A DNA stretch of 63,164 nucleotides, counting the filler, from Octopus bimaculoides (Eukaryota): assembly GCF_001194135.2 (NCBI RefSeq). It is 5 parts of 3 records of this genome, joined end to end, with 100 filler letters (N's around TTAATTAATTAA, not from the genome) between each part and the next. Parts side by side here need not be neighbours in the genome. Positions count along the whole stretch, not along the records: positions 14,291 to 29,967 come from NC_068981.1; positions 30,068 to 49,379 come from NC_068984.1; 3 more parts are not named here. One strand, 5' to 3'. This document shows, in pieces, positions 26,137 to 38,700 of this stretch. The translations under genes and the position numbers were made by a program. Numbering within the stretch: the first letter of the stretch is position 1; every line of letters begins with the position of its first letter. A model generated the notes under the pieces. It saw only the letters and a list, made by a program, of their open reading frames with translations, ran no database searches and was not told the DNA's origin.

Positions 26137-26744
26137 GTATGAGTCAGCCAGAAACATATCTTCTTTTCAAAGAACTTCTGATAAAGTATTTCTGAAGCAG
26201 CTGCCTCTGCAAAAATATTAGTTCAATAGATAAAAAGTAAAATTAATGAGAACAGAACCTTATGCAGACTTTCACATATAAATAACTATTTTCGCTGACA
26301 TGAAAATTTCCAAGTAAGCTACTAATGTGTTATTAACTTACAACTAAATATATTTGATAAATCTTTGTATGTAGAGGAGATAGCATATTGGAATGAAACA
26401 TTATATTGTTTCAAATTACATTAAAACAATATTATTGAATGCCATTTATAATAAGAATGTATGCGAAATGTATGCGAAAAAATATTTTGTTGAAATATAA
26501 TTTTTTTGTTCAGTAAATAATGTAACGTATGTTACATTATTTGTTCAGTAAATAATATAACGTTTTCCATATGTTTAAAGAGTAATTCCGCCTGTCCACA
26601 TACCCCTGATCAGCTGATCTCTTCTGAATTTGTAAAGCAGGAAGTTAAAGAGAACATTTCTTTCTCAAGATACGAGAACTTAAATTAATTCAGTCAGGAG
26701 TAGAAATATGATCAATTTCACAACAAACCAAGAATATACTTTTA

Positions 26745-26965
26745 CTCTACTGGTCTTGGCAGCACAAGGCCAGTAATGTTGAGGGAAGTGGGTAGTCGAT
26801 TACACCAGATCCGCTGCTCAACTGTTTTACTTCCTCGTCATTTATCGAGCTTGAAAGGATGAAAGGCAAAGTCGACGTTAGCAGCATTTGATCTCAGAAC
26901 CTAATGCCGGAATGAATGATATTAAGCATTTTGTTCAGCGTGTTAACGTTTCTTCCAGCTCACTG
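26745..26965 (-). mobile_element. SINE family B
   Basis: aaggatgaaaggcaaagtcgac...atttga.ctcagaac...gtgttaacgtttct.ccagctc. Confidence 0.75.
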
Positions 26966-27899
26966 CCTTAAATTCCTACTTTAATTAAAATTTACTTGCT
27001 TCGAAACGATAATTAAATATTATATTCGACGAAAAGCCAGTTACCCACAAATCACTTCCGGTATTCATTACTAACAAGTCTATTTTTTCCTTTGTTACTA
27101 TTTATTAAATACTAAATAGTATATGTATTTTTCTTCTCACTGAGAATGTTCCTTTTCCTTTCTTGCCAAAAACCCTATACTCAAAACACTGATGGTTTTT
27201 CTTTTTGTTTTTTTTCTTCTTGTACTTTGGGAGGGGGGATTTTTTACTGGACCGAAAGGTGCGTTCTTGAGTAAAATGCTTCATTTAAAGTTGTTCCAGT
27301 CCGCTCAGCTGTAATTCAATAACCAACGCAAGGAATGACGCCTCATACAGAGGAAAAGTTGTGTTCTCGGTCAATTATAAACCATGAAAACCGGGTAACC
27401 AGCCCTATAAGTCCTACAACTCTAGACAGAACTTTACATCTTCCCTTTTATCATTAGCTCCACTAAAAGAAATACGACTCTTCGAGCGATGTTCTCCTTT
27501 TTTATGTTATATACATTATCTTGTCTTTTTCTCCTTTTTAAAAAAAAATTCAGACGGTAGTATACAGGAAAGTTTAGCTATTATTTCTGGGGAAGTTCGA
27601 ATGACCGCACAGTAGTTTTCACATGCTGGCTCGAAGTAAATTTGTGATTGTGTAATTCCAAGCCAATACAAATCTAACGGACCTACGAGAAAAAGCGTTC
27701 TAATCCTGACCATCCCGTATTATGTATATCAGGAGCTACATTAACTAATTTAACATTTATTTAAGAAAGTAGTAAGCGATCTAAAGGAGGTTTGGCTGTC
27801 AATATTGGCTGGTCGAATAAAATCCCTATTCTTAAGCTCCTAGCTTAAAAGAGATACCATTGCTAACAGCTTTCGTAGCGAAATATCGCTAGGCAACAA

Positions 27900-28330
27900 C
27901 AGGCAGACGGACTATATTTTTGTTTGCTACAAAGAAAACCCATACAAATCAATGGTACCAGAACCACTAAACTTTGTAGAGGGGACATTAATTACATCTA
28001 GCCGGTAGCGTTTGATCTCCTCTACTAGTTCGTGCTCTTTACCCGTAAGGATTGTATCATTCCAGTACACAATCATTAATGGTCCTAGGACATGCATTCT
28101 TTGTACGCCCGCCTTACGCCTCCCAGAACAAATTTCAGGCTTATTGCTGGTTGTTCTGCATTGGGTACAGGCTGTAATATAATTTTCAAGCGTATCTCTT
28201 TTACCTAAGATTCATAAGATTCAAACAAGTCCCTTATTGACCCACAGACCATGGAGCATTATTTCTTTGTGGTCTTATTCGCGACAGGCATCAAGCTGGT
28301 ATTTATTTGTATTTGACCCGTGAAACCAAC
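27900..28330 (-). mobile_element. RTE-type LINE 5' fragment (APE endonuclease N-terminus)
   Basis: Minus 28067-27939 reads YWNDTILTGKEHELVEEIKRYRLDVINVPSTKFSGSGTIDL. Confidence 0.6.
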
Positions 28331-30067
28331 TATCTGACTGTCTTTCTTATACACCTGTTGTTTCCTTTTTTCAATGAGATAGTTATTGAAAGAGGCAGTG
28401 TAAGTTATGAGTTACTTAGAGAGTATGTGATAGAAGGTGAGAGAAAAGACTGAAAGTAAAACAATATCAAATAAATTTCGGTGCTTTTCTCGGTGATAAC
28501 AGAGTAATACCGAAACTGTTGACAGATATTCATTCATTCATAGTTAGCACCGTGTGTATGTAAACATATATACGTTTAACGTTTCAGATTCAGCGCAGTT
28601 TCATTTCATATTATCCTAGATTCTCTTCTTCCTGTTTTCTTCTTCATAATACTCTCTTGTTCGTCATTATATCACATTCCTATGAGTATTTAATCAGATT
28701 TCATTTCTTATTTATCAAAACGCTTGTACGTTTTTTCCGGTAACACGTTTCATCCCTACTTCAAAAACATTATTGATTTCTTCCTTTAGTTTCCTTTCCT
28801 CATTCTTATCAGCTATCATCTTATCTATTTCTCTTCATTGCAGTTTCTTTACTTTCCTTCTCAAACCAAACTTCTGGATTCATCATAAACAGTTCCTATT
28901 CCTTCGCCTTTTACATATTTTCTTTCAATGCAATGGCCTAAAAATTTCTTATGCATGTGGCATCCCTCCAGCGTCAACTGTTTCGTGTTTATTTCCAAAC
29001 ATATTCGTCGAACTTCAGCGTTTACAAAACCTTTAGCGGCAGAGTTCTTTAACAAGATCTATAAATATTTATATTCTTGCAAACAATTGTACTATTGCAA
29101 GACTATCAATTAATGAATACATACGTGCGTGTATATATATATATATATATATNNNNNNNNNNNNNNNNNNNNNNNNNNNNNNNNNNNNNNNNNNNNNNNN
29201 NNNNNNNNNNNNNNNNNNNNNNNNNNNNNATATATATGAGTCAGCAAAATGATATTACACCAATGGCAATATTATTTTTATTTCCTTATTATTTATTTCA
29301 TTTCCCAGAACAATTATTAGGATTCATACATTGTGGTGCTCAAAGACAAAACGACTCCTACGACAACTATACTCCTACAAATATTAGTATTCTATAACCA
29401 GCTTCGGTAAAAATAAATTAGCAATAAAACTGCGCGTGATTTAGCAGAGTGAAGAAAATGCTTAATAAGATTTATATTAAAACATATATATATCTTTTGA
29501 AGCTACAACAGGATTGTTTTCAAATCAGTTTAGATTAGCTTATTGAATATAACTGGGCACAAGATTTTTCTTTTACATTTGATCACCTCATGTCAACTCT
29601 ATGCTCATCGAAGTACACAGATATGCACGCACGCATGCACACACAGACACACAGACACACACATACACACACAAATGTGTATGTATATATATATATATAA
29701 ATATACAGGGATTAGCATTGAGTTGCTTCTCCAACATACTGAAAATTTAGAAATAGCAGTCAAAGAACTACTGATTCTAAACTACAAATTTTTCTCTAAA
29801 CGGATGGCAATATTTATGGCACACATAGAACAAAAAACCGGTGGGAAAAGCGTAAACAAAACAAGTCTTTAGTTAATTGGATACGAATCGTTTCATGGTT
29901 AAGCGAATGAAAATTTCACTATTCCAATCTTCAGTCCAAATATTCTGATAAATTTGAAAGTGTCTCTNNNNNNNNNNNNNNNNNNNNNNNNNNNNNNNNN
30001 NNNNNNNNNNNTTAATTAATTAANNNNNNNNNNNNNNNNNNNNNNNNNNNNNNNNNNNNNNNNNNNN

Positions 30068-30114
<47 letters not shown>

Positions 30115-31599
30115 TAGGGAGAGAGGAGAGGGAGTTATATATCTTTAATGGTTTTGTCAGAGGAAGGAAGGGCAGGGCCACAACTCAGGACCTGTTTGAA
30201 GAAATTACAGTCGAGGTCTGCTGTTATTACTATATTTTCGCAGTAAATAGGCAGGACAACTCCTGAACATAGTTCTGTCCTTCTATATGGCTTCCTCAGC
30301 AAAGTATAGTACCCTTCCCTCCACTACTTCCCCGTCATGTATACATGTGTTTGTGGTGGGGTGTAACCTACAAGTGCGAGGAAATGCAATATTTACATAT
30401 TTCAACTCGGTGTAAATAGATTCGCAAGAATTTGCTAGTAGATTTACCCTAGTTTTAAAGGACCACTCAGCAAAATGACTAGCGGAAGTAACATGTTTCA
30501 TATAACTTCCTGTTCAAATAATATTGAGATTAATCAAGAAATTACTTTAATGTTAGTTTGATTTCAATACTCTTAAACGGCACTCTATGCACATGTACAC
30601 ATATATACATACATGTACATACACGCACGTGAGCACGCAAACACACACACACACACAAACAAATGTTTGCACAGATATACACATATTACACACAAAAACG
30701 TACACACACACACATACATTCACACTCTTCACGAACTCTCTCCATACACAGTTATTAACATACATTCACAAACAACGCGCACACAATTTTATATGATCTC
30801 TCGATTTGCTGGAAATAACAACCAAATTTCTTAAAATTACTCTCTACTATCTTCTAAAAACAAAAAAAGAAGTTGGACACATTGGACAATATAGTTTCTG
30901 TAGATAAAAGGACAAAATAGTCTGAGCTAGTTTGATCATAGATTTTTATCAATTATAGCTGACCAACAAACATCAACACATCCGCATGCACTTAACACCA
31001 CTTTATCAAATATAATGACGTTATGTGACCTATCTGCATCATAATATAATTTGAACTGACCACATCTGTTATTTAGTTTCAGGTTATCAAACTTCGTAGG
31101 ATTATGAAATATGATGATAAATTTCATTTATGATTGCTTTAGTTTTTGTTGTTGTTTTGTTGTCTATGGTTGTGATGGTGGTAATTGTGGACAGCAGTCC
31201 TGTTGTTATTATTGTAGTAGTTACAAGTATGGTAATCGATGACATGGTGTGGTGGTGGGGGTGGAGCTGTTATTGTTGCTGATGACGACGATAGCGGTGA
31301 TGGCGTTATTGATAATATTCTACTTGACAGTGGTGCTGGCGTAGTTGATGATTTTGTTTCTGATGATGATGGTAATCTTGGTGGTCTTGTTATTGCTGTT
31401 GTTGTTGTAATATATTTCTACTAGTATACCCTTGTTGTCAAAAATGCCGATAGTTTCATTATTTATAGAAAATGACATTGATTTGGCTGGCCAACAAACA
31501 ACATTAGCACATCCGCATTCACTTAAAAACCACTTTATCAAATTCAATGAGAGAAATCATTGATAAATGTCAGCAATGGAGTAAATATATATATAGTGA

Positions 31600-33200
31600 G
31601 AATTTACAAAAATCCAAAAGACGAAGACCGGTGTGTAAACAGTAAACAGATGTATTAATTAGTTTAACGCTCAGGAAGTGAGATAGTCTTTTACGTTTCG
31701 AACCTATGCTCTTCGACAGAAAGAAACACAGAAATAAACAGGGAGAGAAAATAGAAAAAAGATTTAGTGGCTAGCGATCTATCATGGCGAATGCCGGACT
31801 GAGGGGTCACACAGGACAGCTAGGAAGAAGGGGAAATAATAAAGCAGTGGTGATCCCAAAATGAATGTGCGCGTGCGTGTGTATATGAGAGCGTGAATGT
31901 GCGTGTGGAAGGGGATTGGTGACCTTGACGTGTGTGTGTGTGCATGTGTAAGTGTGTGCATGATGGTGTAGATGCTGGGAAGTGGTCAGTACTAGTGTGT
32001 GCGCTGGTGTGGGTGCTGGGAAATGATGAGTGCTTGTGTGTACGGGGTGGTGTGATGTGGTGTGGTATGGTGGTGTGATGTGGTGTGGTATGTGGTGTGG
32101 TGGTGTGGTGTGGTGGTGTTCGAGTGTGGGAGAGGCGAGAGTGGGGAAAGCAAGGGTGAGGTGGGATGTATAGGGATGGTAGGGTTGAAATATGTAGGTG
32201 TGGGGTAACGAGGGAGGGTGACGATGAAGGGAGAGGGTGGAAGGGAAAAGGTGGGTAGGAGTGAAGAGAGGAAGTAGGTGCCAGAGCAAGAGAGGAGAGG
32301 TGGGTGGGAGGAAGTAGGTGTGAGAGGAAGAGAGGAGGTGGGTTAGATGTAGAGGGGAGGAAAGCTGAGCCCATGTGGCGCAAAGGAGCGAAGAGAGAAG
32401 ATTAATCCCTGCTCACAGCGAAGACGGGAGTCCGGACGGCCCCTGTGCAAAAACAATCCGAACTCACGCAGGTGTTGTAAAGAGTGACCGGTAGAGCGGA
32501 AATGACGTGAGACCTGGGTGTCATTGCCGAGTCTGATGTCTCGGAGGTGTTCCGCGAACTGGTCAGCTAAGCGGCGTCCCATTTAACTGATATATAGAGA
32601 AGGACAGAGAGAGCAGGAGATGCAGTAGATGACGTTGCTAGAAGTGCAGGTGAAGGAGTCAGGGATATGATAGGTTCGATGATGGGTGCCTGTGAGGAGG
32701 GTGGTGTTGGAGAGGTAANNNNNNNNNNNNNNNNNNNNNNNNNNNNNNNNNNNNNNNNNNNNNNNNNNNNNNNNNNNNNNNNNNNNNNNNNNNNNNNNNN
32801 NNNNNNNNNNNNNNNNNNNNNNNNNNNNNNNNNNNNNNNNNNNNNNNNNNNNNNNNNNNNNNNNNNNNNNNNNNNNNNNNNNNNNNNNNNNNNNNNNNNN
32901 NNNNNNNNNNNNNNNNNNNNNNNNNNNNNNNNNNNNNNNNNNNNNNNNNNNNNNNNNNNNNNNNNNNNNNNNNNNNNNNNNNNNNNNNNNNNNGGTAGGA
33001 TGGTGGGGTGGTAGTTGATGGTAAACGGGAGACGGGTGACAGCGGGGCGGGGGCGGGGAGAGAGAGCAGATGCACTGTCCACGGAACGTGCTCTAGCAAG
33101 GGTGGTGTGGATAGTGGTGAGGGGATATCGACGTAGGGTGAAATGGCGAGCCAAGAGTTGAGACTAAGTCTCAAAGTCATGGTTGTCACTGCAGAGCCTG
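31600..33200 (-). mobile_element. Penelope-like retroelement, 3' part (RT C-terminus, GIY-YIG, 3' region, pseudo-LTR)
   Basis: RRYPLTTIHTTLARARSVD...RLPFTINYHP, then GRRLADQFAEHLRDIR...VSRHF...GHS...EQGLIFSL...PHGL; the terminal segment contains a hammerhead-like motif. Confidence 0.85.
31687..31724 (-). ncRNA. Minimal type I hammerhead ribozyme-like motif (variant core)
   Basis: UCUUU-CUGUCGA-A-GAGC(AUAG)GUUC-GAAA-C-GUA-AAAGA: stems I and II pair, GUA triplet present, A6 replaced by U. Confidence 0.65.
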
Positions 33201-33295
33201 CGTAGACGGATATATGTATATACACAGAATTGAAGCATTTGAAGAATCAGATATGGTTGTAACGTCTTGATTGAAGATGTCGACCACAAAACGTG

Positions 33296-33344
<49 letters not shown>

Positions 33345-33614
33345 ACGTATGTGTATATGTACACACACACACACACGTATACATGCATATATGCATATAT
33401 ATATATANNNNNNNNNNNNNNNNNNNNNNNNNNNNNNNNNNNNNNNNNNNNNNACACACACACACACGTATACATGCATATATGCATATATATATATATA
33501 AGCATACATACATACATACATACATACATTGAAATCGATAAGAATGTTGCCAAGATAATACAGGAGTACATCTGTAGATTCCGGAAAATACGTGACTCAG
33601 CTGTTTGTATTTAA

Positions 33615-33740
33615 CAAGACCATGTCTCACAGTGCTTTTGCAGTACCAGTGCTAGTGCCAACGTTTAGGATATTGGACTGGACACTCGATGAAATGCGCA
33701 GCTTGGACATCAAAACTAGAAAGGTACTGACCACCACTGT
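33615..33740 (+). mobile_element. Dong/R4-like RT C-terminal fragment
   Basis: AFAVPVLVPTFRILDWTLDEMRSLDIKTRKVLT. Confidence 0.7.
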
Positions 33741-35519
33741 CAACTTCCCGACAAGCCAACAGCAACTCGACTCAAGCCAGAGCTGCAACCACGCAAGCCA
33801 ATAAACTGCATTTGGTGTGTTTGGGGAAGGCTAATCCAATCCGAAATGTTTTAAAACAACCACACGGTCAAAACAGACCTTTGCGTTCATCAAATACACC
33901 CGCTCAACGAGGTAATCCAACAAAAAACGACCTGTCAGGCGATACGATATGCTTTTTCAACATAGAAAATTTCACCAAAAGTGCTATTCGAGAGGCTCAC
34001 CGTATTCTCCTGATATAGCACCTTCCAGTTAAGACTATATGATTTCTACTATCAAGGCATTGACAAAGAATATTGACAAGAAATCGTGAACAATGAATGA
34101 GATAATATCATTGGCTGGCTTGTTAAAACTGTTGATAAAAATTAAGGATTAAATTAAATGGTTAAAAAAGGGAGCGAAAGAATTTATATGACAACGTATT
34201 AGAAGTCAGCAGTATTTGTATTAAGAAGTCATTCACATTTGTTGAATCCAATTGCTCTTGTACTCCAATGCTTCCCAAACTTTTTTCTACACTCGCTCTC
34301 TTTTCTTTTACTAACAATTTTACAACGCCCCCTTGCTAAGATTCAATATCCTATTCCTCTGTTTTTTTTCATGTGCATGCACATAATATGAGGTTGAAAT
34401 AATTTAGTTCCGGAAACGAGTTTGACGCAAGTGGCTACATATTATTGCACCATCCTACTGCAAGAGAGTACTACAAAGATAGATGTTATACATTCAGTTT
34501 TGTATATTTACTTATTCACATTCCTAAGTCAATTATTATTGCAAATGTTATCGTTATTATTTTTATTATTGTTATTGCAATTGCGGCTAACAAGCAGATT
34601 ACCAAAATATTACATTAGATATCTTTATTTTTGTTTTCTTTTTATAGTTCATATTTAAATAGGAGTCAAAGACTGAAAAACTACACTGGTGAATCTATCT
34701 CCCACTGTCGTCCCCTTTGTCGCCAGTATACATATAAAATTCCCCACCTTGCCCCAGGGGACGGTACCACCCACTTTGAGAAGCACTGTTGTACGTCATT
34801 GCTCTGAATACTCTTCGAAGTCACGTAAAGGGTATAATGACTTCATTTCCGATGCTACATGCCTTCAGTGACATACCAAGACATATTTCAGCGTACAACG
34901 TTAAAAGAAAGCTAAACAACACCCTACGCTTTCATCACTCAACAATACATACATAAATGCAGGCATACATACATACATACATACATACATATGCATATGT
35001 GTGTGTAGATATAGATGGGAATTTACACACACACACACACACNNNNNNNNNNNNNNNNNNNNNNNNNNNNNNNNNNNNNNNNNNNNCACACACGCACGCA
35101 CACACGCACGCACACATTACTTACGAGAGTAACGTATTCCTGGAATTCTTACAGCGGGAAGTTCTGAAACGCGAAATTATAATTTTCTTATCAGTTTTTC
35201 ATATAAAATGACAAATCATTTCGATGGATTTTTTTTTCCGAAGAACAACAAAACACAAGCAACAGAACTACTTTTAGACATAAAAATAACAATTTCTAAA
35301 CATACGCAGTACAATAAGTATACCAAAAAAAAAAAAAACATGTGAAGATAAAATACATGAGGGAATAAATAAGAATCGTAATGAGATATTTTCTTACCAC
35401 AAAAGATATTAATTACTATGGGTAGGGGCACGGAATGAGAGTTACTGAGAGGACGAGAGACACTATCTTCAATTTTGTAGCTGATTATCATCATCATCTA
35501 CTTGAAGGGAGAAGAACCT

Positions 35520-36170
35520 ATCTAAAATCATTTGATGTTTATTTTGCAGTTTTATACTGTTCAGTGTAAGAACTGAGCTCATTGTAAACTTCTCTGGTAA
35601 TTGTTATGCTAGGTTCACGATTCGGGTTGTTATCAATAAAATCTTGCACACCTCCTTTAGTAATATTCTTTTCAGTAGATTTTGGTGAAATTTCTGTATT
35701 CTCAGCTTGCTCTAGTTCTAATAGTTTCAGCTCCTTATCATATAGACTTTCACTATGTAACACTAGCAGCTCACACACCTACATCAGTTACAAATGTCGC
35801 AGTATCTTTCCGAAATGGATGTAGACTTTCTGCTTGTGGAAAACATGTATAGTCATGGATACAGCCTGGCCATATATTTTTCCAAGCACTAACCAGGGAT
35901 CTTCACTTCATCCCATGACACAACTACGTTATCCACAACATTCATTATGCTGAACTTCTTCCAGAAGTTTCTAACAGTAGATTTATCCTCTCTGTCAACT
36001 GCTTTCATCAGTTAATTCAAAGGTCTTAGACGTTATTTCTTGAAGTTAGCTATCACATCTTGATCTATTGACAAGAGCAAAGGAGTTGTATTTTGGGGCA
36101 TGTATTTTACTCTTACTTTATTAGAAAACTCATTTAACTTCACTGGGTGGCTTGATGCATTGTTTAAAAT
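35520..36170 (-). mobile_element. Tigger/pogo transposase C-terminal remnant
   Basis: ILNNASSHP...MPQNTTPLLLSIDQDVIANFKK, NFWKKFSI and ELLVLHSESL...ELKLLE; a SINE adjoins at about 36185. Confidence 0.7.
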
Positions 36171-36184
36171 ATATCTGGCGCTGT

Positions 36185-36505
36185 ACCTTTCTACAGTATA
36201 GCCTCGGCCGGCCAAAGCCTTGTAAGTAGATCTGGTGACGGAAACTGAAAGAAGACCGTCATATATGTGTTGGGGGGATGTGCACATGTCTTTGTGTCTG
36301 TGTTTGTCCCCCACCACCACTTGACAACCAGTGTTAGTGTATTTACGTCCCTATAAATTAGCGGTTTGGCAAATGAGGTCGGCAGAATAAATACCGGGCT
36401 TTAAAAAAAAGTACTGGGGTCGATTCATTCCACTAAAAATTCTTCAAGGTGGCGCTCCAATTTGGCCACAGTCTAATGACTAAAACAAGTGGAAAATAAA
36501 AGATA
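36185..36505 (+). mobile_element. SINE family A
   Basis: Same ordered blocks as the other copies. Confidence 0.75.
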
Positions 36506-37429
36506 CACACACACACATACCCGCGCACACACACACACACACAAACACAAAAGAATATATACACATATACATATAATCAAGCATACATACAATTACATAT
36601 AGAGAGAGAGGGGGAGAGAGAGAAAGAGAGACAGGCAGACAGACAAACAGACAAACAAACAGACAGAGAGTCAGACTGACTGACAGCAATAAGCATTTAC
36701 ACACATACCTATAATAAAGCATACACACACACAATATATATGCATACACGCATGAAGTGAGGGAGCCGGTTGATTAGTACAACATACCAATGTCATTCAA
36801 GGCACTTGTGTATCATTTATTGATGTTTTGCTTCACTGAATTGACTTGGTGGTGGTTATGGTGGCGGGGGGAGGGGGTATTTTGACACTTCATAGTTGTA
36901 TTGTTAGTACCGTTGTTCGTCTTGCTTTGGTGTTTTGTTATTGTTGCGTTTCGTCCTTAAAGTACTTAAGTGCAAATTTAATGGCAGTCGTACGTTATAG
37001 TCCATGAATTACTATCTACCTAAATACCAACATGAGATCATGGTACGGAGCTATTCCTAGATTACTGATACTGATAACACACATATATATTAATATAGTA
37101 TTTATTTACACATATAGGATTTTATATATGCATGCATTCATGCATACACATATTCATACATACACTTGCATAGGAATACGCATCCATACATTACTAAGAC
37201 CATAGAAAACTTGTCTTCGTCCTGGGCCACCATTTTGGAGAAAAATACGGGAGGTAGTTCTAATCACAGTGATAGGATACGTGACAGGCGTCCTTCAAGC
37301 GAAATTATCTCTTTATTATGCTATTTATATTTCAAGTTGTTTTTTGTTTAGAAAAGCAGGTATACGACTGGCTCACGGGAAGACAGAAACACCAAATTAA
37401 CACATTGCTTCTTCGTAGAAGATCCGAAA

Positions 37430-37566
37430 ATGAATTTGAATATGCCAAGAATATGAATAGTATAATGATAAACCTTATCGTTGTTAGGATGTTCTCAAAA
37501 GATATAAGGATGGAGCCTGGCGTGAATAAATGTACTTACACAGTTGTAAAACGGGGAAGAAATTAT
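37430..37566 (+). mobile_element. RLE-type LINE RT fragment (host site of the foldback element)
   Basis: VRMFSKDIRMEPGVNKC...KRG resembles the FS.DI.M.FG..KC..KRGK motif. Confidence 0.6.
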
Positions 37567-38424
37567 GGATCTTTCTGATATGACGGGCACCACTTGTTTT
37601 CTTAACGAAATACTTTCAAACTTGGGATACTGGTAGAATGTGTCATATAAAACATCTTTTTCTCTTAACCTTCTTAACAAAAATTTGTACATCGCAAGTT
37701 ATTTCATGTTAAAGTTGTCGTATTTCTGTAATTTCAACCAATCACTGACGTCTATTCAGCTGAATACAGTTACTGCTGTTTTTGTAAACAATAATTTTTG
37801 CCGGTGTCAAGAGTGTTATTCCCTGTTTAATTATATCATTATTCCCTAGTAAGGGATCAGGGTCTTAGGGTTAGGGTTCCGGTTTTAGAGTTAGGGTTAG
37901 GGTTTTAGGGTTAGAGTTGGGGTTAGGGTTAGGGTTATGGTTATGAGTTATAGGATTTTAGGGTTAGGGTTAAGTTTATGAGTGAGGTTATGGCAAAAAT
38001 AATCATAACCCTAACCGTAACCCCAAAACTAACCCTAACTCTAAAACCCGAACCCTAACCCTAAAACCCTAAAACTAAAACCAGTACAAACGCACGAACG
38101 ATGTCATAAATAACAGTACGACGGATAGTTGTTGTTGACAAACTACGGGACTAATTTTATTCAAGGGAACAGATCCCATGACACCGTTAGAACATGTTGT
38201 TTACATTCCACGGCAATAATTGTTTTCACCTCAATAGACGTCAGTAATTGGTTGAAATTACCGAAATACGACAATTTTTTACATGAAATAATTTCGAATA
38301 CAAAAATTTTTTATCTGTTCTATAACACAAAATATACAAGTATACGAAGTTTGAAAGTGTTTCGGTACCAAAAACACTACATAAAACATAAATGAAAAGT
38401 GTTGCCGTCAAATCAGAAAGATCC
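37567..38424. mobile_element. Foldback / long-TIR non-autonomous DNA element (Merlin- or MULE-like) with inverted TTAGGG arrays
   Basis: Termini GGATCTTTCTGA / TCAGAAAGATCC; arms pair imperfectly along most of the length; 8-bp TSD GAAATTAT (37559-37566) / GAAATTAC (38425-38432). Confidence 0.8.
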
Positions 38425-38700
38425 GAAATTACAAGCCCAACAAGTAATATATCTGACTAATTCTCTGATATTGGATGAGAAACATGTATTAAACTGCGTA
38501 TTTTATGTTAAACTTGTCCTTGATCTGTCATCTCAGTTTTCATGGTGTATAAGCGACCGAGAGAACAATACCTGTCAGTCGCAAGGTTAACTCCCAGCTG
38601 CTGCTGCTGTTTATTTCAGTTGAGTAGATTGTAACAAAGTGAAATGAAATGTTTTGCTCAAGATCAAGTTACGCTGTCCAATTTGGAATTCGAAACCATT

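Noticed and set aside
37855-38085. Head-to-head telomeric repeats as an ancient chromosome fusion site
   Set aside because: Enclosed by long TIRs and an 8-bp TSD, so better explained as part of a transposon
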